NCBI GenBank assembly: GCA_900321295.1
Contig: ONVN01000157.1
Location: forward strand, 1 to 47,919
Length of the DNA stretch: 47,919 nucleotides
Reading direction: 5' to 3'
Source of the DNA: an uncultured Eubacteriales bacterium
Lineage (GTDB): Bacteria; Bacillota; Clostridia; Christensenellales; Aristaeellaceae
In this document: positions 17,734-26,907 of the stretch, in pieces
How the letters are laid out: every line of letters begins with the position of its first letter
Position numbering within the stretch: the first letter of the stretch is position 1
Notes under the pieces: model-generated
Database searches by the model: none
Told to the model about the DNA's origin: nothing
What the model saw: the letters and a program-made list of their open reading frames with translations, nothing else
Made by a program: the position numbers and the translations under genes

Positions 17734-19209
17734 ATGAATGGAAAAACGCCAGCAAACAATGAATCGGGCCTGAAGCGGCAGCTGAATCCCATGCACGTCT
17801 GGGCGATTGCCTTCGGATGTGTCATCGGCTGGGGGTCCTTCATTAATCCCGGCAAAAAGTTTCTTCCGAACTCTGGTGTGGCGGGAACGGCCATTGCGAT
17901 GGTTCTTGGTGCACTGGTCATGGTGATCATTGCTTTTTCCTACACCTACATGGTTCCCAAATATCCGAAAGCAGGCGGTGAATTCACCTTTACCAAGATG
18001 TGCTTCGGGAAAAACCTTGCCTTTATCTGCGGATGGTTCCTGGTGGTGGCCTATCTGACAAACGTTCCGATGAACAGTACGGCCATCGGCCTCATTGTGG
18101 ACGGTCTGGACGGAAATGCCGATTTGCTGAAATTCGGGTTCCATTATTCCATCGCCGGGTTTGACATCTATATGGGTGAAATGCTGCTGGCGATGTCGAT
18201 CCTGATTCTCTTTGGCTGGCTCAATATCATCGGTGTCCGGAAAGCCGGTTTTGTCCAGACGGTTCTCAGCACCATGCTGGTGACCTGTGTCTTTACTCTG
18301 TTTATCGCAGCCTTGGTTTCTGCCAAGGCAAAGGGTATCAACATGCAGCCGATCTGGGGCTTTGACAAGAGCGCGGCCATGGCTGCGAATGCAACCACGG
18401 CAGAAATCGGACAGTATGCGCACAAAGGCACGGCGGGCATTCTTTCAGCCATTCTTGCCACCTTTGCCATTGCTCCCTGGGCCTATGTCGGATTCGATGC
18501 CATTCCTCAGGCGGCGGAAGAGTTCAACTTCTCCTTCCGGAAAGTGGCCGGGATCATGATTGTTGCCATTGTGTTTGGCTGCTTTGTGTATACCAGCAAC
18601 AATACGGTGGCGGCAGCGGCCCTGGAGAACTGGCCGGACCGCGTCATGGCCGGGGAATGGGTGCTGCTGGTGGCGGCAGAGGAGCTGCTCGGAACCTTCG
18701 GAAAAGTGCTGATCGGTCTGGGTGTATCCTGTGCGGTTCTGTCCGGTATCATGGGCTTTTACCTTGCTTCCTCACGTCTCATGTATTCCATGAGCCGTGA
18801 CGGTTATCTGCCGGAGTGGTTCGGCCGGGTTGACAGCAAATACGGCACGCCGAAAAATGCCATGATCTTCTGCGTGATTGTCAGCCTTTCCGGTCCGATC
18901 CTGGGTCGTGAAGCGCTCGGCTGGTTCGTCGACATGAGTGCAATCGGTGCGAGCATCGGGTATTTCTTCACCTGCGCGAGTTCACTGATCACCATGAAGC
19001 GTGACGGAGACGGCGGCGCATTCCTCAAGTGTACAGCCATCCTCGGCGTGATCTTCAGCACGATCTTCATGATTCTCCAGCTCATTCCGATTCCCGGTCT
19101 TTCCGGTGTGCATTTCGGAAAAGAAAGCTATATCATGCTGATTGTCTGGGTTCTGATCGGCCTGGTCTTCTATATCTGGCAGCGGAAGGACTTTGGCAAA
19201 GAGTATTGA
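17734..19209 (+). CDS. APC superfamily amino acid permease
   Basis: The 491-aa product has about 12 hydrophobic segments. N-terminal LKRQLNPMHVWAIAFGCVIGWGSF and YPKAGGEFTF are typical of APC-family permeases. GAGAGG SD. Confidence 0.9.
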   Translation: MNGKTPANNESGLKRQLNPMHVWAIAFGCVIGWGSFINPGKKFLPNSGVAGTAIAMVLGALVMVIIAFSYTYMVPKYPKAGGEFTFTKMCFGKNLAFICGWFLVVAYLTNVPMNSTAIGLIVDGLDGNADLLKFGFHYSIAGFDIYMGEMLLAMSILILFGWLNIIGVRKAGFVQTVLSTMLVTCVFTLFIAALVSAKAKGINMQPIWGFDKSAAMAANATTAEIGQYAHKGTAGILSAILATFAIAPWAYVGFDAIPQAAEEFNFSFRKVAGIMIVAIVFGCFVYTSNNTVAAAALENWPDRVMAGEWVLLVAAEELLGTFGKVLIGLGVSCAVLSGIMGFYLASSRLMYSMSRDGYLPEWFGRVDSKYGTPKNAMIFCVIVSLSGPILGREALGWFVDMSAIGASIGYFFTCASSLITMKRDGDGGAFLKCTAILGVIFSTIFMILQLIPIPGLSGVHFGKESYIMLIVWVLIGLVFYIWQRKDFGKEY

Positions 19210-19217
19210 TTTTTCAG

Positions 19218-19247
19218 CAGAAAGCAGCTCCGGCTGCTTTTTGTTTT
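19218..19247 (+). terminator. rho-independent terminator
   Basis: aaagcagc (19221-19228), loop tccg, gctgcttt (19233-19240), then ttgtttt. Confidence 0.75.
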
Positions 19248-19339
19248 GGAAGCCATCGGGAATGACAGGCGCTGCTTCCATGGGTATAATATAGACACAG
19301 AGGAAAGCTGCAGAAGCATTCCGGGAGGGGGAGAGAAAA

Positions 19340-20167
19340 ATGCCGGATCTCGTGGTCCACAGAAGCATGGGGGAAAAGGTCCTTTCCCGCCTTCCCTTTG
19401 ATATGCCGGAGAAGGAAATCTTCCGGTATGCGCTGTCGGGCCCGGATGACTGGTCCTGCTGCCGGTTCTATCTTCCCTGGCGGTGGCTCCGATACCGCAG
19501 ACGGGCAGGCATCATGCATGAGCAGAAGACCGGGGTGTTTCTCAATGCCCTAGCGGAGACCGCAAAACAGGCAGAGGGCAGGGAAAAAGACCTGCTGTTT
19601 GCCTATACAGCCGGTTTCCTGTGCCATTTTTATCTGGATTCCACGGCGCATCCGTATATTCTGAGGAGAACGGAGCGGAATTCCTCGAATCATACCGCAT
19701 TTGAACGGGAGCTGGACCGTCTGGAAATGGAGAGAATGGGGATTCGCGGAAGACGGCCGGTCTCGGGCCTGCTCACCGTGGACGAACTGCCCGTGGAGAT
19801 GAAGGCCGGGCTGGAAAAGGCCTATGGTGTGTATGGATGGGACGATACATGGCGGGGCCTGAACATGGCGATGCGGGATGCACGCCGCTTTCTCCGTCTG
19901 ACGGAAGACCCTTATGGCCTGTGGAACCGGGCTTTCTTCTGGTCACGGCGGATGCAGGTCTTTTCCTATCGTCACAGGGAATATGCGTATCAGGACCCGG
20001 AAAATGAAAGCCGGGCATACGGAGAAGAAAGTTTTTCGGAGATAGTGGAAAGATCGGCTTTCGCGGCAGCGGAACGCATCATCTTGCTGCGGCAGTCGGT
20101 GTACAGGGGCGGCCCATGGGCGGGAATGGCGGATATCTCCTATACGACAGGCACATGCGTGTGCTGA
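19340..20167 (+). CDS. zinc-dependent phospholipase C-like family protein (putative)
   Basis: MPDLVVHRSMGEKVLSRLP..., LSGPDD and FLCHFYLDSTAHPYI resemble the small cytoplasmic Zn_dep_PLPC-family proteins of Firmicutes. GGGAGGGGGAGAG SD. Confidence 0.6.
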   Translation: MPDLVVHRSMGEKVLSRLPFDMPEKEIFRYALSGPDDWSCCRFYLPWRWLRYRRRAGIMHEQKTGVFLNALAETAKQAEGREKDLLFAYTAGFLCHFYLDSTAHPYILRRTERNSSNHTAFERELDRLEMERMGIRGRRPVSGLLTVDELPVEMKAGLEKAYGVYGWDDTWRGLNMAMRDARRFLRLTEDPYGLWNRAFFWSRRMQVFSYRHREYAYQDPENESRAYGEESFSEIVERSAFAAAERIILLRQSVYRGGPWAGMADISYTTGTCVC

Positions 20168-20283
20168 AAAAAGCCTCCGGGAACATGGAAAAAACAGGCA
20201 GAAGGAAATGTGTAAAACGGACGGAAGTTGGACAAGCCTTACAGGATGTGATAAAATATAGAAAAAATGATGGAGGCATCCTC

Positions 20284-20871
20284 ATGAAAAACAAACTGTC
20301 TGTCCTTTTGGGTATTCTTCTGGTGCTTGCACTTGTATTCGGGATTGTCATGCTTACCCAGAAAAACGGGCTGAATACGGACCTGTCCAAGGTGAAAGCG
20401 ACACTGACAGAAACAGAGGGCAAGCTCGCAGATATCACGAAAATGAAGGAAGAAACAGAAGGTAAGCTTGCAGATCTTACAAAGACACAGGAAGAAACCG
20501 CGACGGCTCTGGAAGGCGCAAAAACCGAACTGACGGAGCTGAAGACCCTTCAGGAAACGACCGCCAAGACGCTGGCAGATACCACAGCCGTTCTGGAAGG
20601 GACAAAAACGGAACTGAAAGAAGCCAAATCCCTTCAGGAAACGACGGGCTGGAGTCTTGAGGAAACGGCAAGAGCCCTGGAGGAGGCAAAAGCCGAAGCG
20701 GCCGATGTCAAAACGCTTCAGGAAACCACGGCAAAGAGTCTTGAGGAGATGAAAAAACTCAAGGAAGAAGCCGAAACCAAACTGGCCAACGCTGAAAAGG
20801 ACCTGAAAAAAGCCAACGAGGAAATTGCAAAGCTTAAGGACGAACTGGAAACTCTGAAGCCGAAGGAATAA
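20284..20871 (+). CDS. N-terminally membrane-anchored coiled-coil repeat protein
   Basis: Start ATG 20284 lies 7 nt after GGAGG. TM helix LSVLLGILLVLALVFGIVML, followed by about 160 aa of E/K/T/L-rich heptads with 14-aa and 28-aa internal repeats. Confidence 0.7.
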   Translation: MKNKLSVLLGILLVLALVFGIVMLTQKNGLNTDLSKVKATLTETEGKLADITKMKEETEGKLADLTKTQEETATALEGAKTELTELKTLQETTAKTLADTTAVLEGTKTELKEAKSLQETTGWSLEETARALEEAKAEAADVKTLQETTAKSLEEMKKLKEEAETKLANAEKDLKKANEEIAKLKDELETLKPKE

Positions 20872-20950
20872 GGAAGGCGAAACGGACCAGGGAACGAAAG
20901 AAACCGGCACGGTTTTGACAGCGTGCCTCTTTCGGACTGCAGGAACGATT

Positions 20951-20991
20951 CAGCCACGAAACCGTGTTTGGGTTTTCGTGGCTGTTTTCTT
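20951..20991 (+). terminator. rho-independent terminator
   Basis: cagccacgaaa (20951-20961) pairs with tttcgtggctg (20974-20984), followed by ttttctt. Confidence 0.7.
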
Positions 20992-21172
20992 CGGAGGAGA
21001 CTTTCTGCGTGAACATGAAGCGGATAGTCCGCATTTTTCTGCTACTGTGCATATGGGTGATGTGCGGATGAAGGAATCACTATGATGCACGCAGTCCTGT
21101 TTCATTGACCGTGCCGGCGGAAATATGATATACTGCGGACCGGGATGCTTGAAAAGGCAGGTGGGGAAGGAA

Positions 21173-21691
21173 ATGTTTCCTTATCATGTGGATGTAACGG
21201 GTCTTCCGTTTCAGGCAGGCGATGATCTGTATGCCGTCAGCGTGGAACAGGGATACACGATTGTACGCAACAGGAATGCGATCGACGGAGTCGTTGTGAT
21301 GAAACACGGCGTGGGCATCCTTGCGTACGGAACGCTCTTTCTTGAGGAGGATCAGGACTGCCTGATCAGTCTGGAACATGCACAGGCATGGGTCCGGACG
21401 CACCGTCCGGCGCTGCCCTGCCCGTATGAGGATCTTGCCGACTGCTGGCTTCCGGTTTCCGAGACGCTTCCTGCCGGCTCCCGCGCGGTCTGGGTTCTGT
21501 CCGACGGGGAAAAACGTCCCGCCTGTTTCGAAGAGGAGACGGGGATGTTCTGTGATGAAAACGGGCAGCCGCTCGCCTCTGTGACGGAATGGACGGACAA
21601 TCCGGAAGCGGAAAGACACGGGTCCATTCTGGAGGTACAGGAAGAGGATCGCCGGGAACCAGCTCCCCGGCACGCACAGGACCTGGAATAA
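21173..21691 (+). CDS. hypothetical protein
   Basis: ATG 21173 follows GGTGGGGAAGGAA. I recognised no motif. Competing antisense ORFs exist in this GC-rich stretch and lack SD sites. Confidence 0.45.
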   Translation: MFPYHVDVTGLPFQAGDDLYAVSVEQGYTIVRNRNAIDGVVVMKHGVGILAYGTLFLEEDQDCLISLEHAQAWVRTHRPALPCPYEDLADCWLPVSETLPAGSRAVWVLSDGEKRPACFEEETGMFCDENGQPLASVTEWTDNPEAERHGSILEVQEEDRREPAPRHAQDLE

Positions 21692-21832
21692 TCAGCAAAG
21701 GAAACAGACGGAGAGGAATTGCTTTCAGTCTGTTTTTTCGTGCGGAGAAAAAGGGAAATGTGCCGGCGCGGGGAATATGGGAACAGGAAGAAACATGCGG
21801 AAAGAAGACAGACCCTGAGGAGACGGAATACG

Positions 21833-22798
21833 ATGAAATATGCCCATATTCCAGGCATTGACGAGCCGGTTTCGAGAATCTTTTACGGAACATCCCTGTT
21901 TTCACGCGGAGACAGCGGCGATGAACTGCTCCGTGCCATGAACGGCATGGGGATCAACGCCCTGGATACAGCCCGTGTCTACGGACATTCCGAGGAAGTG
22001 ATAGGCCGGTGGCTCAAAAAGTACAATTGCCGGCATGAAATCATCCTGCTGACGAAGTGCTGCCACCCGCTGCCCGACGGAACGCGGCGGGTGACCCCGG
22101 AAGCGATCCGGGCCGACCTGGAAACATCCCTGAACATGCTGGGGACAGCGTATGCCGATCTGCTGGTTCTGCACAGGGACGATCCGTCCGTGGAGGTCAG
22201 CGGGATTGTGGAAACATGCAATCAGCTGATCCGGGAAGGAAAAATCCGGGCCTATGGCGGATCCAACTGGACCCATGAACGGATTGCTTTGGCCAATGCC
22301 TATGCGCAGGCGCATGACCTGATGCCGTTTTCCGTATCCAGTCCCAATTTTGCCCTCGCCCGGCAGGCCGTGGACCCCTGGGGAGGGGACTGTGTCTGCA
22401 TCTCCGGGAAAGAAGGGGAAGAAGCGAGGGCCTGGTATCAGGAAACGCAGATGCCCGTGATCTCCTACTCCAGCCTTGCCCATGGGTTTCTATCGGGCCG
22501 TGTGCAGGGAAAGGATGAGAAAAGCGGTGCACGCGTTCTGGACCGGTTCGCGGTCAAAGGCTTTGACTGGCCGGAAAACTATGAACGGCTGAGGCGGTGT
22601 GAAACGCTTGCGGAAAGGAAGGGGGCTTCGGTACCGCAGATTGCCATTGCGTGGCTTTTCCGTCAGGGTCTCAACGCCTTTGCGGTGATCGGGACCTCCA
22701 GTGCGGAGCGTATGCGGGAAAATATCGGCGCGCTGGACATTGACCTGACGGATGCCGAGAATGATTTTCTGAATCTGAAAACGGAGGCACTGGAATGA
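21833..22798 (+). CDS. aldo/keto reductase family oxidoreductase
   Basis: MKYAHIPGIDEPVSRIFYGT, INALDTARVYG, LLTKC, RAYGGSNW and IGTSSAERMRENI fit the AKR fold. Start set at ATG 21833 after GAGGAG. Confidence 0.9.
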   Translation: MKYAHIPGIDEPVSRIFYGTSLFSRGDSGDELLRAMNGMGINALDTARVYGHSEEVIGRWLKKYNCRHEIILLTKCCHPLPDGTRRVTPEAIRADLETSLNMLGTAYADLLVLHRDDPSVEVSGIVETCNQLIREGKIRAYGGSNWTHERIALANAYAQAHDLMPFSVSSPNFALARQAVDPWGGDCVCISGKEGEEARAWYQETQMPVISYSSLAHGFLSGRVQGKDEKSGARVLDRFAVKGFDWPENYERLRRCETLAERKGASVPQIAIAWLFRQGLNAFAVIGTSSAERMRENIGALDIDLTDAENDFLNLKTEALE

Positions 22799-23316
22799 AT
22801 CCACAGATGCTGCACTGCATGCAGTGCGGAAAAAAGCTGGAAATGCGCTACCTGCCCTCAGAAGGCAGGGACATCCCATACTGTCCGGACTGCCAGGACT
22901 TCCGGTTTCCCGTGTTCAACACCGCGGTGAGCATGATTGTGACCTGCCCTTCAACGGGCCGGATCGCCCTGATCCGCCAGTACGGGCGGTCGGGTCTGAT
23001 TCTTGTGGCGGGGTATGTCAACTGCGGGGAAGACGCAGAGGATGCGGTGGTGCGTGAAGTCCGCGAGGAGATGGGACTCCGGGTAACAGCCGTGCACTTC
23101 AATCACAGCCATTATTTTGCTCCGTCCAATACGCTGATGCTGAATTTTACGGCGTATGTGGAGAACGAAGATGTGCATGCAAACGCGGAAGTGGACAGTT
23201 ATGTCTGGCTTGCAGAACAGGAGGCACGGGAACAGATCCGTCCGGGTTCGCTTGCAGGAGCTTTTCTGGAAGGTGCACTGACCGGCACATACCGGTGGCC
23301 GGAAACAGAAAAATGA
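22795..23316 (+). CDS. NUDIX hydrolase with N-terminal zinc ribbon (NudC-like)
   Basis: CMQCG...CPDC zinc ribbon. Nudix box GYVNCGEDAEDAVVREVREEMGL. The ATGA overlap with the AKR stop suggests translational coupling. Confidence 0.88.
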   Translation: MNPQMLHCMQCGKKLEMRYLPSEGRDIPYCPDCQDFRFPVFNTAVSMIVTCPSTGRIALIRQYGRSGLILVAGYVNCGEDAEDAVVREVREEMGLRVTAVHFNHSHYFAPSNTLMLNFTAYVENEDVHANAEVDSYVWLAEQEAREQIRPGSLAGAFLEGALTGTYRWPETEK

Positions 23317-23336
23317 CCGCACCTGCGGTCATTTTT
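23309..23336. terminator. bidirectional hairpin terminator between convergent genes
   Basis: aaaaatgaccgc (23309-23320), loop acct, gcggtcattttt (23325-23336). An A-run and a T-run flank the stem. Confidence 0.8.
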
Positions 23337-23345
23337 CCGATGAAA

Positions 23346-23786
23346 TCAGACAGGGGCTTGCGGAGATTCTGTCTGCAGGATTTCATCGAGGGTTCTGTCT
23401 CTGGCGGGGACCTTCAGGGCGGTCTGAACGGCCAGATAGACTTCCAGGGCCCTGGAGGACTCATCCCGGTTGTCCCGAGCCCTGTTTTGTTCTGCAAGCT
23501 TTGCGGCAGCCTTTTCCTTTTCAAGACGGAGCTGTTCACGGCGGATATCGGCTTTTTCCCCGATGCCGATGAGATCCGTCAGGTACCTCAGGCCGCGGAA
23601 GTCTCCGTTTTCAATCGAGCGGTCCACAATGCTCCCGACCAGAAGCCGTGCATTGGTGGGATGACCGTCCGGGTCCGGGGCACCGGCCTCCCGGGAAAGG
23701 CGTCCGAGAAGCTCCTGTGCCAGCAGACGCTTCAGATCAGTGTCCGCCGGAGGAGAAGTCTGCCGTCTGGTCAGATGCCGGATCAT
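23346..23786 (-). CDS. hypothetical protein (charged, helical)
   Basis: ORF 23346..23870 (-). I prefer ATG 23786 (MIRHLTRR...) because AAAGGAGAG lies 9 nt upstream. The C-terminal half is K/E/R-rich (REQLRLEKEKAAAKLAEQNRARDNRDE). No family recognised. Confidence 0.5.
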   Translation of the reverse strand: MIRHLTRRQTSPPADTDLKRLLAQELLGRLSREAGAPDPDGHPTNARLLVGSIVDRSIENGDFRGLRYLTDLIGIGEKADIRREQLRLEKEKAAAKLAEQNRARDNRDESSRALEVYLAVQTALKVPARDRTLDEILQTESPQAPV

Positions 23787-24011
23787 GGGAGAGATCTCTC
23801 CTTTCATTTGGTGACCAGGGAGCCATGCAGTCTGCAGGAGAAGCGTATCACCAATGGACAGTACTGACAAGTTTCAATCTGTATCAATCCGTTTCATGAT
23901 GTCTCATTCTGTTGCATGATGTAACACGGAGAATGAAACAGAGAAGGCAGGTATTGCACCCTGCGCCATCCTGTGATACCGTTTATGCATGAAGCTGAGG
24001 GAGGACAGAAC

Positions 24012-24983
24012 ATGAAACTGACGGACCTGAAAAAGAAAACAGCGGACAAACAGGCAGAAGAACTCCGAAGAATGCTCACGGAAGCCTATAAAGCTGTTCC
24101 GGCAGGGAAAAGAGAGGAACTGGACAGGGTTCTTTTCCCGGAGGAGAACGCAGAAGATCTGACGGAAAAAGTCATACAGCAGGCTGAGTATTTTGTCGAG
24201 TGTGTGGACGAGAACCTGTATTTCCGGCCCAACAGGGTAGTACCTGCAAAAGAACGTTCCAACTGGCGGTTTACGGCGGGAAAACTGATCCGGGAACTGA
24301 CGGCTGTCAAAGCGGAGGATCCGCTGTATCAGGAAGCCAGCCTTGCCCTGGCAAAGATCTACGGAGCTCTTCTGAGCGGACATGTGTGGCACAAGTTTGC
24401 ATCGGACAGACCGTTTGATTCCCTGCGGATTGACCGTAAGCAGCTTCTGTATACCATCGCGGAACGGCTGCTGTCCGGAAATGTGACAAAAGAATGTTTT
24501 CTGCTTCTCCTGGATCAGCTGGCAAAGAACTTTGTATGGGAAAACCATCTGATGTACATCCTGTCGAAATGTGTCGAGGGCAGGGAAGAAAAACTGGCAA
24601 CAGCAGCATGGGCATCCGAGCGCATGAAGGGAAAGCCGGTTGCAAAAGGCTGGGACGTTATCACAGACCCCAGAAAAGGATACCTTGTCTATTGTGTGTT
24701 TGCTTATGCGCAGGCCGGTGAGATGGAGAAGGCATACACCCTGTATATGAATGATCCGGCCGAATCTGACAAAGGGAAAACTGCAAAATATCAGGGATTA
24801 ATGCAAATCGTTGTATTCTCCATGGACAGGGAGGATATGCAGAATGCCTACGAAGCATTTCTCCGGCTCGGCAAAAAACAAAAGCTGAAGGTTTCAGAAC
24901 GAACCCATGGCGATTATCTGGAGCGGGCAGGTCTGCTCAGCGGAGAAGAAACGGAAGAACTGACGTTTCCGGATACCCCCTGA
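24012..24983 (+). CDS. hypothetical protein (all-helical by composition)
   Basis: ATG 24012 lies about 8 nt after GAGGGAGG. The 323-aa product shows no recognisable motif. Confidence 0.6.
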   Translation: MKLTDLKKKTADKQAEELRRMLTEAYKAVPAGKREELDRVLFPEENAEDLTEKVIQQAEYFVECVDENLYFRPNRVVPAKERSNWRFTAGKLIRELTAVKAEDPLYQEASLALAKIYGALLSGHVWHKFASDRPFDSLRIDRKQLLYTIAERLLSGNVTKECFLLLLDQLAKNFVWENHLMYILSKCVEGREEKLATAAWASERMKGKPVAKGWDVITDPRKGYLVYCVFAYAQAGEMEKAYTLYMNDPAESDKGKTAKYQGLMQIVVFSMDREDMQNAYEAFLRLGKKQKLKVSERTHGDYLERAGLLSGEETEELTFPDTP

Positions 24984-25044
24984 AACAATGCAGGGGTCAT
25001 TCCGGACGAAAAGATGATGATGGAAAAAGGGAGGAGAAAAGCAT

Positions 25045-26277
25045 ATGACCCATGAAACCATCCGGGAAATCCTGGAGAAGACGGACAGGGTCCGTTTCAG
25101 CGGATCCGAGGAAGAGAAAGCAGCAGCAGAGTATCTGAAATCCCTGTGTGAAACCCGGGGAGCAGCCGCTTTTCTGGAGCCGTTTGAGGTGGATACAGCG
25201 CAGATCCATGCTGCGCACCTGAAAGCTGACGGCCGGGAAATCCCCTGCCGGGGCTACAGGCTCTGCGGCAGCGGAAGGACAGAGGCACCTCTGTGCTACC
25301 TGCCCAATACGGACCCTGCGTCCATGGCACAGGCAAAAGGGAAGATTGTGCTCCTGGATACCGGCATCACCTACTGGGTCTATCAGGACCTGCTGGACGC
25401 CGGTGCCGTCGGTTTTATTTCCTATGACGGGGATATCCGCTATCCGGACCGGGACATTGACCAGAAGACGCTGCGGCCCTATGTTTCAAAGGGAAGAAAG
25501 GTTCCCTGTGTGAATATCAACGCGAAGGATGCGCTGGCTTTGGTACAGGCTGCCCCGGCGATGGTTTCCATAGAGGTGGAACAGACGGAATCGGTCACGA
25601 CCTCCCAGAATGTGATCGCGGAGATCCCGGGCAGAACCGATGAATGGATCGCGCTGAGTGCACATTACGACACCACCTTCCTGTCCCACGGCGCGTATGA
25701 CAATATGTCCGGATGCATCGGCCTTTTGGGTATTCTGGATGCGCTGAAAGAGAAGGCCCCTCTGCGCTACGGCCTCCGGTTCATCTTCTGCGGCAGTGAG
25801 GAACAGGGCCTGCTGGGGTCCAAGGCCTATACGGCCGCCCACGAAAAGGAGCTGGACCGCATTGCCCTGAATATCAACCTGGACATGATCGGAACCTATA
25901 TGGGCAAATTCATTGCCTGCGTGAGTGCGGAAGAAAAGCTGCTGCATTATCTGCAGTATCTGTGCGCACAGCGGGGATGGGGGCTTTCCGGGCGTCAGGA
26001 CGTCTATTCCAGCGACTCCACCCCGTTTGCCGATCACGGCGTTCCTGCCCTTTCCTTTGCACGCAGTGCACCGAAGAGCCAGGCAACGATCCACAACCGC
26101 TATGACACAAAAGAACTGCTCTCGGAAGAGCAGCTCCTGGCGGATATCGGATTCCTGTCCGATTTCACGCTGGCCATGGCCGATGCGGTCAAATGCCCGG
26201 TTTCCCGGGAGATTCCTGAAAATGTCAAAACAAGACTGGATGAATATCTTCTCAGGAAGCGGAAGAAGGACAGCTGA
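25045..26277 (+). CDS. M28 family metallopeptidase (aminopeptidase with PA-like insert)
   Basis: NVIAEIPGRTDEWIALSAHYDT, YDNMSGCIGLLGIL, CGSEEQGLLGS and NLDMIG are the M28 Zn-ligand motifs. GGGAGGAG SD. Confidence 0.88.
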   Translation: MTHETIREILEKTDRVRFSGSEEEKAAAEYLKSLCETRGAAAFLEPFEVDTAQIHAAHLKADGREIPCRGYRLCGSGRTEAPLCYLPNTDPASMAQAKGKIVLLDTGITYWVYQDLLDAGAVGFISYDGDIRYPDRDIDQKTLRPYVSKGRKVPCVNINAKDALALVQAAPAMVSIEVEQTESVTTSQNVIAEIPGRTDEWIALSAHYDTTFLSHGAYDNMSGCIGLLGILDALKEKAPLRYGLRFIFCGSEEQGLLGSKAYTAAHEKELDRIALNINLDMIGTYMGKFIACVSAEEKLLHYLQYLCAQRGWGLSGRQDVYSSDSTPFADHGVPALSFARSAPKSQATIHNRYDTKELLSEEQLLADIGFLSDFTLAMADAVKCPVSREIPENVKTRLDEYLLRKRKKDS

Positions 26278-26295
26278 TGCTTTCCTGAAAAGCAC

Positions 26296-26330
26296 AGGGG
26301 GACGCTGCCGGGCTGGCAGCGTCCCCTTTT
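26296..26330 (+). terminator. rho-independent terminator
   Basis: ggggacgctgcc (26298-26309) pairs with ggcagcgtcccc (26315-26326), followed by tttt. Confidence 0.8.
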
Positions 26331-26331
26331 C

Positions 26332-26907
26332 TCAGGATTCCGGAGCAAACAGGAAGAAAGGCCGTTCGTGGCAGTCCTCCCGGATGACTGAGGCATCCGC
26401 AAAGGCTTCCGTGCCCTCCATCCGTACCTTGCCGAGGCGGCCGGGCACATCAAAGCGGCCGGGGCGGTACATGGGGTCCCAGACACGCACGGTGCTTCCC
26501 TCGATGCCGGCCAGGACAATGTAGTGGCCGCTGTCGGAAAAGACGCCGATCCATCCGTCTTCCGGGCGGTCGCCGTAGGTGTTGGCAATGACCAGGCCGC
26601 GGTTTTCCCTGAGAAAGCGGAAGGCTTCTTCCGCATCCTCGGTGACCTGCAGGCTGAAGCCAAAGGCCCGGGCAAAGACCGGGGAGAAAATATACAGGTC
26701 GGTGCCCGGCTTTTCCCGGGCCCCGCAGTCAATGGCCATGCGGCAGGCTTCCCATGGCGGGAAGGAGACATCCAGCAGGTTTTCCGCCACCATGGCGGCA
26801 CAGCAGGGACCGCAGCCGTTATCGGCGATGGTGCCTCTCCCGGAGGGACCGGGATAGGGCCGGTCCGCATAATCCAGCTGGCAGTAGAAGACAGGCGGTG
26901 TTCTCAT
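26332..26907 (-). CDS. C39-like (papain-fold) cysteine peptidase domain protein
   Basis: NGCGPCCAAMV (putative Cys nucleophile) and SGHYIVLAG (His) resemble Peptidase_C39_2. AGGAGA SD lies inside the upstream gene. The ATGA overlap with the M20 stop suggests coupling. Confidence 0.65.
   Translation of the reverse strand: MRTPPVFYCQLDYADRPYPGPSGRGTIADNGCGPCCAAMVAENLLDVSFPPWEACRMAIDCGAREKPGTDLYIFSPVFARAFGFSLQVTEDAEEAFRFLRENRGLVIANTYGDRPEDGWIGVFSDSGHYIVLAGIEGSTVRVWDPMYRPGRFDVPGRLGKVRMEGTEAFADASVIREDCHERPFFLFAPES

Noticed and set aside
17434-18423. 329-aa minus-strand ORF opposite the APC permease
   Set aside because: It is antisense to a clear 12-TM permease gene, and the translated sequence is H/R/G-rich with no motifs.
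20239-20910. 223-aa minus-strand ORF opposite the coiled-coil gene
   Set aside because: It is a reverse-complement artefact of repetitive GAA/AAG-rich coding sequence. The + strand gene has GGAGG, a TM helix and a terminator.
21080-21905. Minus-strand ORFs (197, 168 and 179 aa) competing with the hypothetical gene 21173..21691
   Set aside because: None has an SD, and all are P/R/S-rich. The + strand ORF has GGTGGGGAAGGAA before its ATG. The + strand call itself remains only moderate in confidence.
23295-23867. 190-aa + strand ORF overlapping the 23346..23786 minus-strand gene
   Set aside because: It starts inside the Nudix gene and terminator hairpin and has G/P/R-rich junk-like composition. 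The minus-strand frame has an SD and a coherent helical sequence.
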